A DNA stretch of 64,000 bases from Octopus sinensis. Its lineage: Eukaryota. This document shows positions 54,480 to 64,000 of this stretch, one piece after another (within the stretch, counting starts at the first letter, position 1; every line of letters starts with the position of its first letter). The position numbers and the translations under genes are program-made. The notes under the pieces were generated by a model. The model was not told the DNA's origin, searched no databases, and saw nothing but the letters and a program-made list of their open reading frames with translations. The DNA lies in the NCBI RefSeq assembly GCF_006345805.1, contig NC_042999.1, forward strand, positions 84,506,001 to 84,570,000, read 5' to 3'.

Positions 54480-54988
54480 AACAAGAGAGCACATTGGGCC
54501 CCACGAGTGGCACTGCAGCCAGGAATGTTAAATGTTCTCAAACAGCCTCTAGTAGATTCCAAAAAAAATCTTATTACCCCCCACTTCATATCAAACTCGG
54601 ATTGGTAAAACAGTTTGTGGAGGCCTTACATTTTAGAGGAGAAGCTTTTCAAGAAATTTGTCTTATGTTTCCAATACTTTCTGAGGCTAAGATCGAGGGT
54701 GGCATATTTGTTGGGTCCCAAGTAAATGCGATGTTAAAGAAACTGGAAAGAGCGATGACAAAAGTTGAAAAAAAAGCTTGGTGTACATTTCGTGATGTAG
54801 TTCGTGGATTCCTAGGAAACCACAAGGATCCTAAATACAAACAGCTGGTAGCAAAGCTTATTGAAAACTACAAGAAAATGGGTTGTCGTATGTCCTTGAA
54901 GATTCATTTTTTGCACTATTACCTAGATTTTTTTCCCGAAAACTTGGGTGATGTCAGTGAGGAGCATGGTGAGAGATTTCACCAGGAC
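54480..54988 (+). mobile_element. Chapaev-like transposase C-terminal fragment (opposite orientation)
   Basis: PPLHIKLGLVKQFV...GIFVG...GCRMSLKIHFLH..LDFFPENLGDVSEEHGERFHQDI. Confidence 0.75.
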
Positions 54989-55829
54989 ATCGCAACTATG
55001 ATTATATTCGAATTTCCGATATTATTTAAGTGCAATAATTTCCCAGGGAGAGTGATCATAGACAACCTACATTCGAATTCCTTGTAGAACACTCTTAGTG
55101 CAGAACCGCTTGCATCCCATCCAGACAGATTTACCGGGTAAGCTTTACATGTGTCGAAAATCCAAATAAATCGCTCCCATGTATTTTGATTTTCCTAACT
55201 TAATACCATTTCTAATAAAGCCGCCTGACAGAATTATCGCAGTGAGAGACTTTATTCCGGCTTTGGTGATCGTTTATTCTTGTCAGCAATAATAAATTAT
55301 TGGAACCTACCTGTAAGTTTTCCACCTCAGCTGAGAAAATATATTCAAACACAGGAATATCTCGATATTTTGAAAAATTACCGTAAGGGGCATTATTTTA
55401 TGCGGATACATTCCGGGTTTATATGTATGTTTACCATTCATTTTTTTTGTTTCGTTTTGATTTTGCAAATAAATGGTGTAAGGTCGATGTGTTCCCAGCA
55501 TTTTAAAATTTGAATATTTATTTGTATACCATGTATTGAGCTCTTTATTCATTTAATGTTTCCTATATTTTATATGATTTTATATGATTTATTTATAATA
55601 ATTTGCAACATATATGTGCGTGTGCATTTCCATATACGTATATCTAACTATCAATCTATATGTATCTATCAAATTTTATATATGTGTATGTGTGTGTGTG
55701 TGTTTATGTATGTGTGTGTTTATATGTGTGTATAGACGTCTGTGCATATGAATATGTGTATGTATATATATACACATATACATGCACAGGTATAATACAT
55801 GTAAAAAATAAATATATAGAAAGATGAAC

Positions 55830-56060
<231 letters not shown>

Positions 56061-57004
56061 TTAGACAGACAGATAGATAACAACATACATTGAGTTATAT
56101 AGATATTCACGCTTGCACACGTATTCACACAAAGCAATCAGACGTATAGTTTTGTTATTGTATCACTTACACTTTAGTATATACTAATAGAAATAAGAAA
56201 ACGCAGAGAAAGGAAGAAAAGAAAAGCAAGGAAAACACTCTAAGCTGAAATGCTCCTTTTATAGGTTACATTATCTGGAATTGCTCTTAACTTGGAACAA
56301 TAAATAGCCTTCATGTTGAAGAAAGAAAACAATTTATATAAATTAGTTCCTATATCAAACATCAAAGTTTAAGTTCGCCATTTTCTTCTCTTTTGTTTCT
56401 TTAAAACGAAAAAGAATCATTTTGCGCAGCGAAGCCAAAGCTATAAAATAAAATTTATGATACCTAATATTTTATTTTTATTTTTATTCCTTTTATTTTC
56501 AATTTTATTTTAGAATACTTCTTTTAATTTATATATTATTTGTTTCGTTTTAGAGTTGGCTTTTTTTTTGTCATCTGATTTCGTATATATTTCTATATCT
56601 CTACCTTATCCGCTTTGCAAATTTGTCATTACCTCTTTGTCTCCTGTCTCTGTCAATGCCATTTTCTTTTGTCTATCTCTTGTTCACCTCTCTTCCATCT
56701 CACTGTCCATATACTCATCCACACACACACACACACATACAAATACACATATACACACACGCGCGCACACATACATACACGCACGCACACACACAAACAC
56801 AAGCACACACATATATATTGTATACATGTATGATAACTCTGTCCACGAACAAACACACATGCACACACATAAACGCACGCATATATATTGCATACATGCA
56901 TGATATATTTTATATGTGCATATGCATATATATGTTATGTCGGCACACACACACAGAAACACACACATATATATGTATAAACCAATTTATATATATGTGT
57001 GTGT

Positions 57005-57040
<36 letters not shown>

Positions 57041-57289
57041 ATGTGTGTGTGTATGTGTGTGTGTGCGTGTGCATGAGTGTGAGTATGTGTATATGGCGTA
57101 GATATATTTTAATGAGCGTTTTCTATTTTTTTGCTCCATTTTGTTGCCACTTATTCTAGTGTGTTGCTTAGCATTTTAGATTTGAGAATTGTAAAACGCT
57201 TTTATACCATTTGGAAAATAATACGTTGTAATATATTTTTCGCAATTACTTCATTTTTATTATCATATTTGTTGTTGCTATTTTTCGTT

Positions 57290-57290
57290 G

Positions 57291-57358
<68 letters not shown>

Positions 57359-57429
57359 TAATATCATTATTTTCATTCTGCTTCTTCTTCTTCTTCTTCT
57401 TCTTCTTATTATTATTATTATTATTATTA

Positions 57430-57481
<52 letters not shown>

Positions 57482-57495
57482 GTTATTGTTATTGT
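57290..57495. repeat. (ATT)n/(CTT)n compound microsatellite
   Basis: Direct reading. Confidence 0.95.
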
Positions 57496-57861
57496 TAGAG
57501 TTGTGTGAAAATTCTAACCTTATTGTGATTGTCTTTGTTGCTTTCTCGTTATTGTTATTATATTCTTTTAACTTAATGAAAGTTGCTAAATGTTATATAG
57601 ATGCAATGATGTTTTATCAACAAATTCAGTTTTTGTGCTTATTTGTTTTATTTCATTTATTGTTTTTTTTTGCTTTTAGCTTATTTATTTATTTATTTAT
57701 TCATTATTTCAAAATTCAATTTGTATTTTGCTTTATCATTTCCATTTCATATCTATTGTAAACTAGCGAGAAAGAGATGCTGTGTGATAATATCCTCCGT
57801 TCACCTACAGTAGAGCAAACGATAGGGGAGAGGGCAGTAACAGATAGAAGACGCAGATATT

Positions 57862-57898
<37 letters not shown>

Positions 57899-59299
57899 GA
57901 TCGGTCGGAAAGTAAAAGAATATAAGTAATTTGCAAACAATTTGTTGCAAACTATGGTGGAGAGATAGAAAAAGCAGTTAATATGCAAGAAAGAAAAAGC
58001 AAAGATATAAAGAATGGAGGAGAAAAGAAATATAGACTGAATGAATAAATAGATGGATATAATAACTAAAAGAAGAAGCATAAACAAAGAGTAAAAGAGA
58101 GGCACAAAAGAAGTAGATAGATAAGGACAGAGACTGTGGTAAGTAGAAGCAATGAGAGGAAAAGGAAAGGGAAGAATAAAGACTGAAAATAGACTGACTG
58201 TTCCATGAAGAGACCGAAGTAGGTAGAGAGGCAGGTAAATACGTACATGGGTAGACATAATTGGGTTTATTAATATTATATCATAACGAGACTAGTTTAA
58301 TTGATTCACGTTATAGGCGGTAGTGGCGGTGGTGGTGGTGGTGGTGGTGGTTTGCTTCCATATAATTCTTCTTTCTTAAGGTGTTGCACGATTTTTTAAA
58401 AGCTGGGAACCATTTGGATTTTATTTAAACATAGTAATTTGTCCGTTCACTTTTCAATCGTCACATCCGCTTATCAGTGGGCAGTCTGTTCCACCAATGA
58501 GAAACAGAGGTTTTTCCCTGTATCAGCTCTGTTTGAACAGCACCATAAACAAAGGCTTTCCAGTTATAAACTTGGCGCCTTCTTTTCATCAGTTGTTATA
58601 TATCTAGGACTACTTTTGAGATAGAAGAATTAGATTTTATGAAATATGGCAACTAATTGCACCAAATCAGATAACTATATCGGATGAACCCAAATTGAGT
58701 TACGTTGTTCTCATCCAGTGAATACAAACAAAGTAAATAAATATCCACTATTTACACGATTTAGGTGACTGAGGGCAACATTTCATAAATGTCACAATCG
58801 TATGTTCCAAATCAATTTGACATGAACTTATGTATTGGAATAGAAGAGATATATTTAGACGGAGTTAGATTTGTCGACATTTTAAGCATATGCACTACAT
58901 TTTATACATTTTTGTAAATCAGAGACTGAGGTTGAAAGCTATTAAGGTAGTGAGAAAAGTAAGTTAATCTGAAGAGATATGTCTTCTTTTATTTTTCAGC
59001 AGAATACATTCCACTAAATGCTTTCAATTATTTGGTGATCGTGTTGAACCCGACCACAGATTAAATTTACCAACCAAGAATAACCTATTATATTCAGGTG
59101 GTCGTTCCTACAGCTAACCAGCTATTCCATTTCATAGATAAAGCTTTGGTATATGCGCGATTATGATGGAAAATATTTCCCCAGTATGCCGAACATGGGT
59201 TCGAACTCCAAATGAAGTAGTTGTGAAATGAATGATAACAGATTAAGGAGTATTATTCAAAGTGGTTTAGTTTTACTTTTATTTTTGAAGCCTACTGTT

Positions 59300-60050
59300 G
59301 AACTCTGTCAGCGTCATCGCTAGCTGATCTGATGCTTCTCCTCATTGGAACTGTGCCGTTTCCCGCTGATGAGACCAACTTTCCAAGCAATGCCTTTTAA
59401 GAAGAGCTTTAGAGATATATTGTACTTCGGCTCCTTGTCAGAGGCACTAACAGTGACGCTAAGGAAGCTATGTTTGTAATCTACGAAAGCGGTGCAAAAA
59501 TATAGCATATATTTTGCTTTTACTAGAAGCTGTGTTAGAATTAATATGTGATCCATCGTGATGTAGTTGTTACGATATCACCTTTTCTTTTCTTTTGAAG
59601 CAAGACCGTACTTGACTCATTCCATTGCGAAGAAAATTCTCTTTCGTTCAAATGAAAGCAAAATACACGTCTGAAAACGTATTTGAAGTTCGGAAACGAT
59701 AAAACTGAGGTAGTAAAAGATGAACGTTGACGAACTTAAGAAAGACGTCTACGTGAAAAGATATAAATATATGCCTAGATATCAACGCTGGAATATTATG
59801 CAGATATAATTGCTTGGAATATTATTATGAGAACATATCCGAAACGAACAAGTTCAAGGACTGAGTGGGAATGAAGTGAAATCGTAGAATATCGAAAGCA
59901 CAAATTCTGTTTGTCCAGACATGTCACAAGGCTCACAGGCAATGAATGGCCCTGTGCAGTTGACGAGTGGTATCCAAGAAACGAGAAGTGACCAATAGGA
60001 AGGCCTCTAAGAATACACAGAGACTACATATTAATACAAGCGAAGGGGAG
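59300..60050. mobile_element. RTE-clade LINE remnant with inverted 5' part
   Basis: Minus 59320-59556 reads DHILILTQL...AFVDYKHSF. Plus 59800-60020 reads LLGILL*EHIRNEQV and HVTRLTGNEW...EWYPRNEK*PIGRP. Confidence 0.65.
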
Positions 60051-61086
60051 GCTGCAATCAAATGAAATATTGAAGATCAATGTAACTAGTGATGTAAAAG
60101 GACTTCTGATAGTCTTGTTGAAATGAACTGAAACACACACAAAGTATAATTTTAAATGAAATATCTGGAAATATCTAACAGTCTACATGAAATAGATTGA
60201 AGACAACCATAGTTATGGCTTTTATAACAAGATGTTTCAAATAAAAAATGGTCGCCGATTCCTTGCACGCGTATATATCTTACATTTTGTTCAATACTTG
60301 TTTTCCAGTTTCATATTTCCAGGTGTTGCTCATTACGTGCTGCACATGTTTAACTTCATGTGTTATTTCATTGCAGCTTTCCTACATACATATATGTGTG
60401 TATGAGTGTGCGTGTATATGTGTATGACTGAGTTCCACTGTCTATGAGTAAATAACTTTATATACATACACACACACACACTCAGACTGTTAGATATTTC
60501 CAGATATTTCATTTAAAATTATATATATGTATATATATGTATGTATCTATGTATCTCTCTATATATATGCATGTATGTATGTATGTATGTATGTATGTAT
60601 GTATGTATGTATGTATACACGTATGCATGTATGTATAGCAACATCTTCAATTAGTAGTATAGCACTCGATCAGTTAAAATACTAAAGATATCATTATAAT
60701 AAAAATAACACAATAAGCTTTGTTAAATGCATCTTCCCAGAGTTTCCAGAACAAAATATTAATCTTTTTCGCCATTTATAACTGTATAATAATACACAAA
60801 TAATCATTGAAGACGTACAACTGTTATACGCAATGCGCTCTGCTCAAACACTATTCTAAAATTATTTTTGCATTCAAATATACATTTATCTCGTAATTAA
60901 TTGTTATACTTAATATCTATCTACATCTTCTGAACGCTGATCACATTTCAAACATTATTGTCATTAATCACCAGTAATTCACCACAAAAGTCCAAAATAA
61001 ATGTGTTTGTGTATTTAAAAGCCAAAGATACGCGTATATAAACAGTTTTATATATATACATACAAATATATATACATAAAAATATG

Positions 61087-61166
<80 letters not shown>

Positions 61167-61191
61167 TATATATAGAGAGAGAGGAGGAAGC

Positions 61192-61700
61192 GAGATAAGT
61201 TATATTAAATCTCTGAGCGAGAGATAAACTAACAGTACAAAATCGTAAAATATATTTGCCAAGTAAATGTGGCGATCCTATAGATAACAGTGTTACTGTT
61301 GTTTTAAGCCCAAGAAGACATCTCCTCCAGCTGGCCAACGACACACATTGACCCAAGTTCCTGGGTGGTATCACGTAAGGCTAGAGATGGAAGCGATCAC
61401 CTCCCTCGCAAATCCTAATCGGACACAGACTGTGTGTCTTTGGCCAGCTGGAGTTGTCATCCTGTGGCTAAAAACATCAGTAACACCGTCCTGTATAGGA
61501 CCGTCACATTGAGTTGGCAAATATATCTTACGATTCCGTATTGTTAGCGTTTATCGCTCGCTCAGAGATTTAATATTACTTATCTCTGTCTTTACGACAT
61601 AAGTGATGGGTGTGTCGCTAGAATAAGGATAAAGTATTTTGTGAGTGGAAACACTGTCCTCTATAGGGCCACTACATTTAGTTGGCAAATATATTTTACG
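61192..61700. mobile_element. Diverged relative of the 361-bp monomer family, inverted arms plus partial tandem copy
   Basis: 61192-61347 and 61431-61586 are inverted repeats. 61650-61700 repeats 61482-61532. Shares blocks with 1433-2520 (TAAATCTCTGA.CGAGA, TGTTACTG.TG.TTT.AGCC, GAT.ACCTCC). No HHR was recognised. Confidence 0.75.
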
Positions 61701-61775
61701 ATATATATATATATGTATACGCGATTATATTTTAATTCTAATATGTAAACAGGATTTGTCATATATATATATATA

Positions 61776-61812
<37 letters not shown>

Positions 61813-62172
61813 GTGTGTGTGTGTGTCTGTGTGTGTATCATTAGATCTGTGAAACAACGCGTTCATATATACATACAGTTTCGTAACGACGTGTGAAAGA
61901 TAGATGTAGTAATAAATAATTGTTCATACTTCCTCATCGCTTAAAGAAAGTTTCGTAGGAAATAGCTGCGTCGAAAAACGCATCTACTGTATTCCCGATA
62001 TTTCTGAGATCATTTACAGAAATGTAACTCTTTGAGGTTCCAGCTTAAACGCTCATATATAACAAGGGAAAAGGAGAAGAAAGTTTACATTTCGATCGCC
62101 ATTCGGAGCTTATCCTACGCGTAGTATTATTTGTTGCTATATTGCAATTTCAAGTAGTCCATAAAATTCACA

Positions 62173-62222
<50 letters not shown>

Positions 62223-62224
62223 AA

Positions 62225-62470
62225 CATATATCTTTTATCGTTTATCTTTTACTTGTTTCGTTCATTACACTGCGGCCATGCCGGGGCACCGCCACAAAGA
62301 ATTTCTAGTCGAACGTGTCGACTACAGTGCCTTTTTTCCATAAAGTCTGGCATTTATTCTGTAGAACTTTGTTTAAAACCTGATACTTATTTTGTCGATC
62401 TAGATTATGGGGACATAAACACAACAACACTGGTTGTGAAGCGGTGATGGTGGGACAAACATAGACACAG
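62225..62470 (-). mobile_element. SINE family A, 3' half
   Basis: Diverged reverse-complement tail. Confidence 0.7.
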
Positions 62471-62480
62471 AGACACATAA

Positions 62481-62544
<64 letters not shown>

Positions 62545-62590
62545 AATAAGGATAAGACTGTTAGACAAAATAATGATCACACACAAACAC

Positions 62591-62644
<54 letters not shown>

Positions 62645-62648
<4 letters not shown>

Positions 62649-63256
62649 ATAGTAAATAAGGTAATAACCAGTGATCTAGCACAAAATACAAATTAGTATT
62701 TAGACTATAAGTTATTCATATATAAGTACATTATAAACGTTTTTAATTTTCATTCTATTTCATGAATTTATCCCCTTTCGTATCTAGTACATGCTTCTTT
62801 ATTTAGGGGCCTTTTAATGTACTTATATATGAATAACATATAGTCTAATGACTAATTTGTCTTTTGTGCTAGATCACTGGTTATAATAATTTATTTTATT
62901 ACCCTATTTACTATGTTTGAATATCGCTCGATAAATTTGCTCGTAGACTTTCTACCGGCATGCCCTCTGTTCGCCGGGTATGATTTGCGTCTGCGCACTG
63001 GTCTGAAAAGTTAGAGTATACAGGTCGTTAGATTTGCACGTGCTTCTAATTATATGTACTTCTCGGGTTGCAAAGGCTGCTTGCTGATGAGTCTAGCCTT
63101 GGCAGATAAATTATATTCATTTGCTAAAAAAAAGAAGAAACTGCAGTACAAGATTAGCTGAGTTGGTAAACGTTTTTAATTTTCATTCCATTTCATGAGT
63201 TTATCCCCTTTCGTGTATCTAGTACTTGCTTCTTTATTTAGGGGCCTTTTAATGTA

Positions 63257-63260
<4 letters not shown>
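62645..63260. mobile_element. Retrozyme/PLE-like insert: 433-bp monomer with terminal direct redundancy plus inverted left arm, between (TA)n tracts
   Basis: TAAACGTTTTTAATTTTCATT recurs at 62734 and 63167. 62645-62733 is the reverse complement of 62815-62918 apart from a ~15-nt indel. Hammerhead motif at 63080-63152. Confidence 0.75.
63080..63152 (+). ncRNA. Type I hammerhead motif with canonical core and long helix II, GUA site at 63148
   Basis: CTTG-CTGATGA-[46 nt, TCT/AGA base and GCAGAT/ATTTGC hairpin]-GAAA-CTGCAG-TA-CAAG. Palindromic helix III ACTGCAGT. Confidence 0.6.
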
Positions 63261-63338
<78 letters not shown>

Positions 63339-63908
63339 GCTACGTTTTGAACAATGAAGAATTTGTACCGGATTTTTGTACCGGAGTTTTGAATTCTTTT
63401 AAACATTGTTTTGCAATTGCATGATAATGCAGACATAGACTTGCCCAAATGCATCAATAAATTAACATTGCTATTGTTTTCACCGTTGTTACAATCACCT
63501 GAAATGGATATGTCCCTCATTTTCCACAGGTCTAGTCTTTCTAAGTCTTCTCTTGATCTTCTCGTGCTTCATTTTCTATCTTTCAAACATCGAACAGCCA
63601 TGTGCACTCATTCCCTCCATCTATTTCGGTCTTGTGCCTCCCTCTCCCTATCGAAAACTGAAACTCTTCCCTGGGGCATATATACATATATATATATATA
63701 ATGGAATAAATGCTGTGAAGCATTATGTAGAATATATTGCATAAAAGATCTTGGATAAGGCCAAAACAATGCGAAGTAAATGCAAGGTAAATCACAAGCA
63801 CATATTTGTTTTCTTGGTTGGTAAGCAAGCTACTTACCACACAGCCACTCCTACTGTAAAAGTCTATTATTTCTGTATTTTGATAAAACAAAATACGTAT
63901 ATATTTGA

Positions 63909-63989
<81 letters not shown>

Positions 63990-64000
63990 GTACATGTTTG

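Noticed and set aside
55000-55250. Minus-strand AIYLDF / SVLQG, RT-like
   Set aside because: Only two short motifs, so insufficient to call.

Overview
AT-rich, repeat-saturated eukaryotic DNA that looks intronic or intergenic. The SINE families, microsatellite load and LINE/DNA-transposon mix resemble an octopus (coleoid cephalopod) genome; this is inference from recalled repeat sequences, not a search. I cannot identify an intact host protein-coding gene, and most ORF-track entries are translated microsatellites. Recognisable contents: four tRNA-derived SINE families; decayed LINEs (R4/Dong-like REL-endonuclease, CR1/L2-like, RTE); Penelope-like element (PLE) remnants; mariner/Tc1 remnants and a MITE; a rearranged Chapaev-like transposase; and a Helentron-type non-autonomous element. 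The main signal is a set of mostly unrelated short elements, usually abutting (TA)n microsatellites, that each carry a type I hammerhead ribozyme (HHR) fold found by manual parsing. These lie at about 1.6/2.3, 15.3, 23.4, 32.8, 36.4, 47.0/49.6, 49.9 and 63.1 kb. Two of them (1433-2520, 361-bp monomer; 62645-63260, 433-bp monomer) are tandem-monomer, retrozyme-like inserts arranged head-to-head, with both 3' ends on flanking (TA)n. A diverged relative at 61192-61700 has the same geometry. All folds and alignments were done by eye and need computational and biochemical confirmation.
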